A stretch of 64,000 nucleotides of DNA, taken from positions 592 through 64,591 of the forward strand of contig CAZWGA010000029.1 of assembly GCA_964633285.1 (NCBI GenBank). Direction: 5' to 3'. Of this stretch, positions 18,883 to 27,866 are shown in pieces. Position 1 is the first letter of the stretch; every line of letters begins with the position of its first letter. Below the pieces are notes generated by a model that worked only from the letters and a program-made list of their open reading frames with translations, was not told where the DNA came from and made no database searches. The position numbers were made by a program, and so were the translations under genes. Source of the stretch: an uncultured Solibacteraceae bacterium (lineage in GTDB: Bacteria; Acidobacteriota; Terriglobia; 20CM-2-55-15).

Positions 18883-19882
18883 GGACGGACTTTCCATCCG
18901 TCGATTTCTCGCCGTGGTCGGCCCATGTGCGTTGATCTGTCTCGTTGTGCTGCTCGTTGCGCCGTGGATCGGATCCACCGGCGTGACCTGGCGCAACGTC
19001 CTCGCAGGCGTTAGCCCGGACCGCGAGATCTTTATCGTCGCCCGTCTGCCCCGAATACTTTTCGGCGCTGTTGTTGGAGGCGCGCTCGCGATGGCAGGCG
19101 TTCTGTTTCAAGCAATCCTGAGAAACTCCCTCGCGGATCCATTCACGTTGGGAGTATCGGCCGGGAGTTCATTTGGAGCGGTGGTTGCGATCTGGTTTGG
19201 CCTGGAAACCGTAGTCTGGGGAATACCTCTGATTTCAGTTGCCGCATTTCTCGGCGCATTTGCGACGATTTTCCTCGTGTATTCCATCGCAAGAACGGGA
19301 AACGCCCTCCCCACATTCACGCTGTTACTGTCCGGGATCACTCTGAATTTTGTTTTCGGCGCGCTCATCATGTTCATTCACTATGCCGCGAACTTCAATC
19401 AAGGTTATCTCATGACACGCTGGACAATGGGCGCGCTGGATACTGCGGATATTCGAACCGTTCTTCGGGCCGCTCCGCTGGTTGTGGCCTGTCTCGTGGG
19501 ACTCATCTGGATTTCCCGGGAACTCAATCCCCTTGCCGCCGGCGAAGAGTGGGCTGCCTCACGCGGTGTGGACGTGCATCGAATGAAGACCGCCGCATAC
19601 TTCATCGGATCGCTGTTGACCGGAGCGGTCACCGCATTCAGCGGACCCATCGGGTTTGTAGGCCTCATTGTTCCGCACACCGTCCGGCTTGTGGCCGGTC
19701 CGGATCACCGGGTTCTCATCCCCGCATCGTTCTTTCTCGGCGCCGCCTTTCTCGTCGTCTGCGATACCGCGGCTCGCACGCTCTTCGCTCCAACCGAAAT
19801 TCCCGTCGGCGTCATCACCGCCCTTTTAGGCGGTCCATTCTTCATTCTTCTGTTGAAACAAAAGCGCGGCGAACTGTGGTGA
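18806..19882 (+). CDS. FecCD/BtuC-family ABC permease
   Basis: Multiple TM helices; conserved 'GPIGFVGLIVPH' FecCD motif; the start may lie downstream of the ORF-track start (it overlaps the ATPase 3' end). Confidence 0.85.
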   Translation: MKSSKLPLPSSNGLMAAAATSFRRPEDGLSIRRFLAVVGPCALICLVVLLVAPWIGSTGVTWRNVLAGVSPDREIFIVARLPRILFGAVVGGALAMAGVLFQAILRNSLADPFTLGVSAGSSFGAVVAIWFGLETVVWGIPLISVAAFLGAFATIFLVYSIARTGNALPTFTLLLSGITLNFVFGALIMFIHYAANFNQGYLMTRWTMGALDTADIRTVLRAAPLVVACLVGLIWISRELNPLAAGEEWAASRGVDVHRMKTAAYFIGSLLTGAVTAFSGPIGFVGLIVPHTVRLVAGPDHRVLIPASFFLGAAFLVVCDTAARTLFAPTEIPVGVITALLGGPFFILLLKQKRGELW

Positions 19883-20007
19883 GTCGTATCACCCTTGCCT
19901 CCCTCGGCGAATCGTCGGTAAGGAATCCAAAAATATCGCCAGACCCGTGTAAGCCTTCTCCTATAATGGATGAGCCGTGCGCCCAATCGCGCGGCTTCTA
20001 TTGACCG

Positions 20008-20098
<91 letters not shown>

Positions 20099-20215
20099 TC
20101 CCAGTTGATTGATTCTTTTAAATGGCTTGAAAAAGTTGTGGCGCTGCTGTGGCACCACAACGCTTGAAGACCGCTATCCCAACCGTAACCACCGAATCGG
20201 CGTTACTGTGCTGTC

Positions 20216-21013
20216 ATGAATGACTTGATTGCGCCTCTTCCATCGGTGCCCGATGGTCTCCGCGAAGCTGCCCAGCGAGGTATGTTGATCCCGTTCATTG
20301 GTGCAGGCGTCAGTCGGATCGCGGGTTGCCCTAGTTGGGGTGAATTCGCTGATGGGGCACTTCGATTTTTCGTCGACGAAGGCAAGTTCAGTCACGGGCA
20401 ACTTGCACAGATCAATCATTTGAATCCGCGGGTCGTCGAGCGGCTTGTTCTCGCGTTTCTCTGGGGTGATGAGGAGCTTGAGACTTCGCGATTCGCGGCC
20501 CTCTTTGAAACCGATGACGAACAGGACCTCGAAGTGGGCAGTGCGTTCTTCTCCGGCGTTCACAACGACAAACTAAGCGATGATCAAGTTGAACGAATCA
20601 TCCGGTATTGGGAACGATGCGTCGCATGGGCTCGCCGCGTTTCACCTGCGCCAGCGAAGCTGCTTGCCAGCTTGAGTCATCTCGTTCCGTTCATAAAGTC
20701 TATCGGCCGGCGAGAACGACAACTTCTTTTGGCCGTCGCGCCGTATGCGCACAAGGGCCATCGATATGATTTGTTTTTCGCTGAATTGGAACGGTTAGTA
20801 GACGCTCAGCCGCATGAGGTCAGCGAGATTCTCAATGCCTCTCTCGAAAGCCATTTGCCCGACTACGACTATGACGACAGATTGAAATCCCTACTCACGA
20901 AAATGGCGGCGAAGGGAAGGAAATCCGATGCGATCGGCTTTGCCGAACGGCTCCGCCGAAACATCCCCGGAATGTTGCAGTTGTATACGAGTCTCAAATC
21001 CGATCAGGAGTGA
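20216..21013 (+). CDS. Standalone SIR2-like (SIR2_2/DHS-like NAD-binding fold) hypothetical protein, 265 aa
   Basis: N-terminal 'LIPFIGAGVSRIAGCPSWGEF' matches the GAGxS...PSW hallmark of SIR2-like domains found in defence proteins. The rest is helical with no recognisable second domain. Lower GC than the flanks. Confidence 0.5.
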   Translation: MNDLIAPLPSVPDGLREAAQRGMLIPFIGAGVSRIAGCPSWGEFADGALRFFVDEGKFSHGQLAQINHLNPRVVERLVLAFLWGDEELETSRFAALFETDDEQDLEVGSAFFSGVHNDKLSDDQVERIIRYWERCVAWARRVSPAPAKLLASLSHLVPFIKSIGRRERQLLLAVAPYAHKGHRYDLFFAELERLVDAQPHEVSEILNASLESHLPDYDYDDRLKSLLTKMAAKGRKSDAIGFAERLRRNIPGMLQLYTSLKSDQE

Positions 21014-21134
21014 ACGCACTCCGGCCACACCCTTTGGGCCGCCTCGGAAGGGCTGTTAATTCTGAGTAAAGCAGAATACATCGGATTACCTGACCTTCAC
21101 TTACGGTATCCTTAATGGACAAGAGGCGAGACGG

Positions 21135-21371
21135 ATGACGATTCATATTTCGGAACAAATTGAAGCCCGAGTGATCGAAGAGGCACGCCGGCAGGGTATT
21201 TCAGCGGAAGCTCTTGTCGAGAGACTTATCAACGAACGATTAGGCAATGGCGGGCCGTCGCCAGCGGCGACTGGTGCAGCGCTTCTCGAAGCACTTCAAG
21301 CTTCACCTTATCCGGAGACCGACCTCACGCCCGAACGCGAACGCCTGCCAGTGCGAGACGTCGCGATCTAA
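21135..21371 (+). CDS. vapB: VapB-like antitoxin (RHH/plasmid-stability-protein type)
   Basis: 78 aa, N-terminal RHH-like 'MTIHISEQIEARVIEEARRQGIS'; its stop directly abuts the start of the PIN gene. Confidence 0.7.
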   Translation: MTIHISEQIEARVIEEARRQGISAEALVERLINERLGNGGPSPAATGAALLEALQASPYPETDLTPERERLPVRDVAI

Positions 21372-21794
21372 ATGGCATGGCTGCTGGATACGAATGTTTT
21401 GTCGGAAGGCCGGAAACGGAAGCCAGAGCCAAAAGTTGCAGCCTTTCTCGCTTCTCAACCGCTGGAAACACTGTATACGAGCATCGTAACCTTCGCTGAG
21501 ATTCGCTTCGGCATCGAACTCCTTGAAGATTCCGCACACCGCACAGAATTAATTGATTGGTTGACTCTAAAATTGCGGCCGATGTTTGACGGGCGGCTTC
21601 TGCCAATCACCGAAGACGTTATGCTCAAATGGCGCGTTTTGGTGGAAGAGGGTCGAAAGACCGGATACACATTCTCGCAACCCGATCTGATCATCGGTGC
21701 CACTGCACTCCACTACGGACATACTGTTGTCACTCGCAATCGCACCGATTACGACAAGGCGCATGTCCCGGTTTTTAACCGTGGGAAGTCTTAA
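21372..21794 (+). CDS. vapC: VapC PIN-domain ribonuclease toxin
   Basis: 'LLDTNVLSE' N-terminal acidic motif and 'IGATALHYGHTVVTRNRTDY' PIN C-terminal motif; 140 aa. Confidence 0.85.
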   Translation: MAWLLDTNVLSEGRKRKPEPKVAAFLASQPLETLYTSIVTFAEIRFGIELLEDSAHRTELIDWLTLKLRPMFDGRLLPITEDVMLKWRVLVEEGRKTGYTFSQPDLIIGATALHYGHTVVTRNRTDYDKAHVPVFNRGKS

Positions 21795-21888
21795 AAGACG
21801 AATAAAGAAGCGAAAATCCCTTACTCCGTTTGCTCCATTAACATTCGATTAGTTGCAGGTTTGGTTCGACATTGGCAGTTGAATGACA

Positions 21889-22069
21889 ATGGCCAAAAGA
21901 TCGGCCAAACAAGAACTAATGGTGGTGCAATTAAATCGGCCAAATCACCGACTATTTCAGCTGTTGTTTACCTATTAACTATAAATATTACATATTGTTG
22001 AATTAGAATAAGGATCGGCCACAACATCGGCCAAAATCCAGGAATGTAAAGCAGATAAAAACCGGCCAC
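21889..22069 (+). repeat. Array of six direct (T/C)CGGCCA(A/C)A repeats in an AT-rich region upstream of the Fic gene; putative regulatory sites
   Basis: Copies at about 21889, 21900, 21935, 22014, 22026 and 22061, all in the same orientation, with an 11/35-nt spacing pattern repeated twice; the surrounding sequence is less than 40% GC. Confidence 0.6.
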
Positions 22070-22073
22070 ATTA

Positions 22074-23309
22074 ATGGCAAAAAAAGACGAACCACAGTTC
22101 TACGCATACCCTCGGGAAATGGAACCTCTCTTACCGAAGGATAAGGATCGAGCCTTATCAGAACTTGCTTTGAAGCTTACGCTGCAGGCCTCTGGACTAG
22201 GAGGAATGCTTCATCCCATCACACGTCTGGCCGTCGTTGATTTATTGCGGCAGATGAATAGTTATTATTCCAACCTCATAGAAGGCCATCACACACTGCC
22301 GCTCGATATCGAAAAGGCTTTGCGAAAGGATTATTCCGAAGAGCCCGTAAAGCGAGCACTCCAACTCGAAAGTCAGGCTCATATAGAAGTGCAGGTTCTC
22401 CTGGAAGAAAAGCTTCGCGCGGAGCCTGATTTGAAGATTTGTTCAACTGACTTTCTGCAGTGGATCCACCATGAATTCTATTCTCGCATGCCCCCGGAAT
22501 TTCGTGTGGTGACCGGAGGTAAAGGGAAAAAAGAAAGATTTGAGCCCGGGGAGTTAAGAGATCGAAACGTAATCGTCGGCCACCACGTACCACCTGCATT
22601 CAAAAACCTGACCGAATTCCTGCAACGCTTCGAACAGATTTTCGAGCCGCAGAATTTGAACGGTCTCGACAAGATCATTGCATCCTCCGCTGCGCACCAT
22701 CGATTAACGTGGATTCATCCGTTCCTGGATGGCAATGGTCGAGTGACTCGGCTCTTCACCAATGCATACATGATTCGTGTTGGGTTGGATTCTCATGGAT
22801 TGTGGACCGTTACACGAGGACTCTCCAGGGATAAGGATAAATACATGCAGGCGCTAATGACCGCAGATCAGCTCAGGCAAGGCGAGTTAGACGGTCGAGG
22901 AAATTTATCTCTATCGGGATTGTCAGAATTTTGTCACTTTTTCCTGAACACCGCTTTGGATCAGGTCGCGTTTATGGCTACCTTATTGGACTTGCCTCGA
23001 TTGGAAGGCCGTATCACAAAATATGCTGAACGGCGGGCAACACTCGGAGCGCCTAAAGAAGCAAAATACATTCTGCAGGAGGCTTTGTTACGTGGAGAGC
23101 TATCTCGGGGTGAAGTTTCTCGTGTGACTGGGAAGCCGGAACGGACGGCACGACGAATTCTCGATGAACTGTTAGTCGAAGGCCTTCTCAAGCCCACCAC
23201 CCCTAAAGGTCCAATCCGGCTGGCGCTGCCGGCGAAGGCGGTTCCTTTCTACTTTCCGAGTCTCTACCCGGAATCGGTGGAAAGCGCGATTCTTGGAGAG
23301 TCAGAGTGA
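22074..23309 (+). CDS. Fic/Doc family protein (class II, with an N-terminal inhibitory motif) and a C-terminal winged-HTH
   Basis: Fic motif 'HPFLDGNGRVTRLF'; inhibitory (S/T)xxxE(G/N) motif 'SNLIEG' upstream; C-terminal HTH-like 'EVSRVTGKPERTARRILDELLVEGLL'; ~48% GC. Confidence 0.85.
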   Translation: MAKKDEPQFYAYPREMEPLLPKDKDRALSELALKLTLQASGLGGMLHPITRLAVVDLLRQMNSYYSNLIEGHHTLPLDIEKALRKDYSEEPVKRALQLESQAHIEVQVLLEEKLRAEPDLKICSTDFLQWIHHEFYSRMPPEFRVVTGGKGKKERFEPGELRDRNVIVGHHVPPAFKNLTEFLQRFEQIFEPQNLNGLDKIIASSAAHHRLTWIHPFLDGNGRVTRLFTNAYMIRVGLDSHGLWTVTRGLSRDKDKYMQALMTADQLRQGELDGRGNLSLSGLSEFCHFFLNTALDQVAFMATLLDLPRLEGRITKYAERRATLGAPKEAKYILQEALLRGELSRGEVSRVTGKPERTARRILDELLVEGLLKPTTPKGPIRLALPAKAVPFYFPSLYPESVESAILGESE

Positions 23310-23403
23310 ATTTTCAAACGTACTTGACCGAAGAGTGTGACCGTCCGCCACAACAAATATCTATGTTGTTGACCCATCAAGAACCATACAGTACCTTACC
23401 TAC

Positions 23404-23646
23404 ATGCCGGCCAAACCGATACAGATCTCGCTCGATACTGAATTGCTTGAACGCATCGACAAGGATCCTGAAGCCCGGGAACGCGGGCGATCTGCGCTGA
23501 TACGTTCAGCCGTCGAGGTCTATCTGAGGGCGAAGGAACGAAGGCATATTGAGAAGCGAATTCTCCAAGCCTACGGCGGGAGCGAAGCCGACGCTGCGAT
23601 GGAAATCGAGAGTCTCATCGGAGCACAAGCGTGGCCAGACGATTGA
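23404..23646 (+). CDS. Ribbon-helix-helix (CopG/MazE-like) antitoxin
   Basis: 80 aa, 'PIQISLDTELLERIDKDPEARERGRSALIRSAVEVYL' RHH fold pattern; overlaps the downstream toxin gene. Confidence 0.7.
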   Translation: MPAKPIQISLDTELLERIDKDPEARERGRSALIRSAVEVYLRAKERRHIEKRILQAYGGSEADAAMEIESLIGAQAWPDD

Positions 23647-23957
23647 ACCGCGGCGAGATCTGGATGCTGGATCTGCCCCGGCCCGACAAACGACGGCCGG
23701 TTCTTGTATTGAGTCGCCCGTCCCTGCTAAGCGTGCTGCATACCGCCACCGTTGCGGCCATTACTTCGACCCTTCGGGGATCACCCACGGAAGTCGAGCT
23801 TGGGGTGGACGAAGGGCTCAAGTCCACTTCTTGCGTCAATCTGTGTAACATCTTCACAGTTCGGCAAGCCGACTTGAAGTCCTTTGTCGGCACCCTCGGC
23901 GCGGCCAAAATGCGCGACGTCTGTTCGGCCCTCATACTTGCCGCCGGCTGCGATTAG
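23631..23957 (+). CDS. MazF/PemK-family endoribonuclease toxin
   Basis: 'RGEIWMLDL...RRPVLVLS' PemK/MazF N-terminal signature; 108 aa; 16-nt overlap with the RHH gene. Confidence 0.75.
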   Translation: MARRLNRGEIWMLDLPRPDKRRPVLVLSRPSLLSVLHTATVAAITSTLRGSPTEVELGVDEGLKSTSCVNLCNIFTVRQADLKSFVGTLGAAKMRDVCSALILAAGCD

Positions 23958-24024
23958 CGGCCGGAGTTCCGCCGGGAGCCGCCGCAATCCGCTGACTATC
24001 TTGTTCCCGCGGGACTCCACCAAG

Positions 24025-24053
24025 TTGAATCAGTGTAATGTACTTTATATAGA
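24025..24053 (+). promoter_or_regulatory. Sigma-70-like promoter candidate (TTGAAT-17-TATAGA) with an overlapping 7-bp inverted repeat (gtacttt/aaagtac), upstream of the radical SAM gene
   Basis: Hexamers and spacing read directly from the sequence; AT-rich context. Confidence 0.35.
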
Positions 24054-24079
24054 AAAGTACACTATGTTAATATCCTTAC

Positions 24080-25484
24080 GTGCAAGTCCAAATGATTCTT
24101 CCCGCCCTCACCGAAGCGACCAGCCCGTTATTCCGTCCAATCAAATACTCGTTGTTTCCTCCTTTGGGTCTGGCGACTCTTGCCGCATACCTTGATGACA
24201 ACGACGAAGTTTCGATCGCCGATGAACACGTTGAGAAGTTGAACCCTGGCAGACCGGCCGGATCTGGTTGTCATTCAGGTGTACATTACTTCAGCAAATC
24301 GCGCATACAGAATCGCGGATGACTATCGCCGCCGCGGGGTTTACGTTGTGCTTGGCGGCTTGCATGTCACTTCGCTCCCACAGGAAGCTGCGGCCCATGC
24401 CGACACCATATTCCTGGGTCCCGGTGAAGATACGTGGCCGCAGTTCCTGCGCGATTACAGGGCCGGCCATCCCGCGAAGCTTTATCGATCACAAGAACGT
24501 ACGCTCGCAAATCTGCCGCGCATCCGGCGTGATCTCATCAAGCGTCATCTTTATCTCGTCCCGAATTCGATTGTGGTTTCGCGCGGTTGTCCGTATGTCT
24601 GCGACTTCTGTTACAAGGAAGCATTCTTCAAAGGAGGCCGATCGTTTTACACGCAATCGGTGGACAGCGCGCTTGCGGAAATCAATCGGTTGCCCGGCAG
24701 GCATCTTTATTTTCTCGATGATCATCTTTTCGGAAATCGGCAGTTCGCGTCCGCTCTCTTCGACGGAATGAAGGGCATGGGCCGGCTCTGGCAGGCGGCG
24801 GGCACTGTCAATTCGGTGTTGCAGCCGGATCTGCTGGAGAAGGCCGTTGCCTGCGGTCTTCGCAGCCTCTTTGTAGGATTCGAGACCACCAATCTGAATA
24901 ATCTGCGGGGGCAGCGCAAGGTGCAGAACGTTGGTCACGACTACAACGCCGCGGTGCGGCGGCTCCACGATCTGGGCGTCATGGTCAACGGCAGCTTTGT
25001 TTTCGGGATGGATGACGACGATAGGGATGTTTTCACGCGCACCGTCGACTGGGCCGTCTCGCAAGGCATCGAGACTTCCACCTACCACATCCTGACGCCT
25101 TATCCAGGGACAGCGCTCCATACCCGAATGACCGAAGAAGCTCGAGTGCTGCACAACAACTGGGACCTCTATGATACGAGGCATGCCGTGTTTCAGCCGA
25201 CGCGATTGACTCCCGAGGAACTCGAGGCCGGATACTGGAAGGCGTACAAGGACTTCTACCGCTGGGGATCCATCCTGCAAGGCGCAAAGTCCAAGACCAC
25301 TCTCTCCGGACTATTACGGCATGCCGGTTACGCGGGAGGCTGGAAGAAATTCGAGCCACTCTGGGATTTCATCATTCGCATTCGGCGAGTAACCTTCATG
25401 CTTCCGCTGCTCGAAACCATTCTGAACGAGTTTGGTAAAAAGCCACATGACGCTGACGCCGAAGTCCAGCCTGCCGTTACGTAA
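24080..25484 (+). pseudogene. B12-binding radical SAM protein (Cx3Cx2C 'CPYVCDFC') with a +1 frameshift near 24240-24252 splitting the B12-binding domain
   Basis: ORFs 24080..24322 and 24279..25484 form one continuous B12-binding/radical-SAM protein if one nucleotide near 'aaccctggcagac' is removed (...VEKLNP | ADRPDLVVIQVYITSANRAY...). This is either a sequencing error or gene decay. Confidence 0.7.
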
Positions 25485-25528
25485 TCTCGCTCTTTGTGTC
25501 TTCGTGTCTTTGTGCTTATATAGCCGCC

Positions 25529-25957
25529 ATGGAAATTCGAATTTTCTTGTTTATTGCGCTCAGCAGCGTCTCCGTCATATTCAACACGGTTGTCATCTGG
25601 TCCCTTTACAAGGCGTTCTCCGGCTTGACTTCAAAAGTGACTGAAACGGTGTCCGAATTCGAGAGGAACCGTGAGGCACGAGCCTGGATCGAATCATTGA
25701 AGGTGGCAGCGGAGCAGGCCGTCGCTGTCTCAGCGGCGACGAAGAAGAGCATCACTGATTTCGAACCCATCCTCGAACGAACGCAGGCCAGCTACAGTCG
25801 TACTTTGGCGACTGTTGACGCCAGACTTGAAGCCACGGCCGCAGAAATCACGGCGACAGCCACAAAGATGAGAGACGCCGTTGCGAAGCCAGCTTTTTCA
25901 TTGATGGCTTTTGTGGTGGGTATGGCTCGAGTTCTCGGTGAGAACAACGAAGACTAG
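25529..25957 (+). CDS. Hypothetical small membrane-anchored protein (N-terminal TM helix, Ala-rich helical region)
   Basis: The start at MEIRIFLFIALSSVSVIF gives a TM segment; ~45% GC; no recognisable domain. Confidence 0.45.
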   Translation: MEIRIFLFIALSSVSVIFNTVVIWSLYKAFSGLTSKVTETVSEFERNREARAWIESLKVAAEQAVAVSAATKKSITDFEPILERTQASYSRTLATVDARLEATAAEITATATKMRDAVAKPAFSLMAFVVGMARVLGENNED

Positions 25958-26925
25958 GCGCGGCGCCGCGTCCAATTCCAGGCCGTTCTCACGATTCCTT
26001 CCAGATCGCTTTGGGATGCCGTCCAATCCAGAAGTTCTTTCGCGCGACCCACGGCTGCGACGAGTTCCGGCGGATCGCCATCGCGTCGAGGCGCTTCACG
26101 CACTTTGAAATCCCGTCCCGTGACGCGCCGCGCCGTTTCAATAACTTCTCGAACCGAATATCCGCGGCCTGTGCCGAGGTTGATGGCTTGCGATTCCAAC
26201 TTTCCTTCTCGCAACTTCTGAAGACCGGCGACGTGGGCTCCGGCGAGATCCGTCACGTGGATGTAATCGCGAAGGCAGGTCCCGTCCGGAGTCGGATAAT
26301 CCGTCCCAAGAATGTGAACGTCCGGCCGGATGCCTGCTGCGGCCTGGAGCGCCAGCGGGATCAAATGCGTTTCGGGATCGTGATCTTCGCCGAAGTCGCC
26401 ATCCGGGTCCGCGCCGGCGGCGTTGAAATAACGTAACGACAGATACTGCAATCCGTACGCCTCATGAAACCATCGCATGGCCCGTTCGAATGCGAGCTTG
26501 GATTCGCCGTAAGCATTCACGGGATTCTGGGGATGGTCCTCTCGTATCGGTACTTCTCTCGGAACTCCGTACGTCGCGCACGAAGACGAGAAAATCAGGA
26601 ACTTCACGCCGGCCTTCTGCATGGCGCGCAGCAGGTTCAATCCGCCGATGAAGTTTGTTTCGTAATACAGTTCAGGGTGCCGCATCGATTCGGCGACGAG
26701 CGCCTTCCCTGCGAAATGCAGCACGCCTTCTACCGGATACTCTGCGAACACGCGCGACACATTCGCGGGATTGCAGACATCGCCTTCGAAAACCGGCGTC
26801 CCTTTAACAAACGAACGATGTCCTGTCGAGTAGTTGTCGAAGATGACTGGCTCAAAGCCGGCGGCCTTAAGCGCCTTCACGGTATGACTCCCAATATAGC
26901 CGGCGCCTCCGGTAACAAGAATCAT
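25954..26925 (-). CDS. galE: UDP-glucose 4-epimerase
   Basis: '[14 protein letters not shown]' Rossmann fold, 'YxxxK' (YGESK), 323 aa; strong overall GalE similarity. Confidence 0.9.
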   Translation of the reverse strand: MILVTGGAGYIGSHTVKALKAAGFEPVIFDNYSTGHRSFVKGTPVFEGDVCNPANVSRVFAEYPVEGVLHFAGKALVAESMRHPELYYETNFIGGLNLLRAMQKAGVKFLIFSSSCATYGVPREVPIREDHPQNPVNAYGESKLAFERAMRWFHEAYGLQYLSLRYFNAAGADPDGDFGEDHDPETHLIPLALQAAAGIRPDVHILGTDYPTPDGTCLRDYIHVTDLAGAHVAGLQKLREGKLESQAINLGTGRGYSVREVIETARRVTGRDFKVREAPRRDGDPPELVAAVGRAKELLDWTASQSDLEGIVRTAWNWTRRRA

Positions 26926-27866
26926 GATGGATGCTTTCTGAAATAATCGATCGTCTGCCGGAGACCCTCATCGATGCTCACTTCGGGCTGCCATCCCAGA
27001 ATCGATTTCGCACGCCCGATATCCGGGCAGCGGACGTGAGGATCATCGACAGGCAGATTTCGATATTCGATGGAGCTCGAGCTTCCCGTCAGAGCGAGAA
27101 CTTTCGAAGCCAGATCGCTCACGGTGCGCTCTTCCGGATTTCCGATGTTGAACGGCATTTCCATTTCCGGCGACGGTGAGGCTGTGAGCAGCGCGACAAT
27201 CCCGCTGATGAGGTCTGTGACGTAGCAGAAGCTGCGGGTCTGCCGGCCGTCGCCGTACACTGTGATCGGCTTTCCTTCAAGCGCCTGCACGATAAAGTTT
27301 GAAACCACCCGCCCGTCATTCGGTCTCATTCTCGGACCATAGGTGTTGAAGATCCTGACAATGCGATTGTCCATTTCATGATATCGGCGGTAAGCCATAG
27401 TCATCGCTTCCGCAAATCTTTTGGCTTCGTCGTAAACGCCCCGCGGTCCGATCGGATTCACATTTCCCCAGTACTGCTCGGGTTGCGGATTCAACAAAGG
27501 ATCACCGTAAACCTCCGATGTGCTCGCAAGAAGGAAGCGCGCTTTCTTTTCTTTGGCCAGGCCCAATGCTTTATGCGTTCCGAGCGACCCGACCTTTAAT
27601 GTTTGAATCGGCATTTCCAGATAGTCCACGGGTGAAGCAGGAGACGCAAAGTGGAGTACAGCATCTAGGGAGCCTTCCACGAAGATGTATTCGGTTACAT
27701 TGTGTTTGATGAATTTGAATTTCGAACTTCCCAGAAGGTGCGCAATGTTCGAAGTACTTCCAGTGAGAAGATTGTCCAGTCCGACAACATCGCAGCCTGT
27801 CCCGATCAGTCGATCGCAAAGATGGCTTCCCAGAAACCCGGCGGCGCCGGTCACCACGACTCTCAT
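26922..27866 (-). CDS. uxs: UDP-glucuronate decarboxylase (UDP-xylose synthase), extended SDR
   Basis: '[19 protein letters not shown]', '[10 protein letters not shown]', 'YDEAKR' motifs characteristic of UXS; ATGA overlaps on both sides. Confidence 0.85.
   Translation of the reverse strand: MRVVVTGAAGFLGSHLCDRLIGTGCDVVGLDNLLTGSTSNIAHLLGSSKFKFIKHNVTEYIFVEGSLDAVLHFASPASPVDYLEMPIQTLKVGSLGTHKALGLAKEKKARFLLASTSEVYGDPLLNPQPEQYWGNVNPIGPRGVYDEAKRFAEAMTMAYRRYHEMDNRIVRIFNTYGPRMRPNDGRVVSNFIVQALEGKPITVYGDGRQTRSFCYVTDLISGIVALLTASPSPEMEMPFNIGNPEERTVSDLASKVLALTGSSSSIEYRNLPVDDPHVRCPDIGRAKSILGWQPEVSIDEGLRQTIDYFRKHPS

Noticed and set aside
19962-19967. TATAAT box upstream of tRNA-Ser as a defined promoter
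   Set aside because: A -10-like hexamer is present ~40 nt upstream of the mature 5' end, but there is no acceptable -35 at 16-18 nt spacing, so it is not reported as a feature.
21889-22069. CRISPR array
   Set aside because: The repeats are only ~9 nt, irregularly spaced (11, 35 and 79 nt) and lack unique spacers of uniform length. No cas genes are present in the window.
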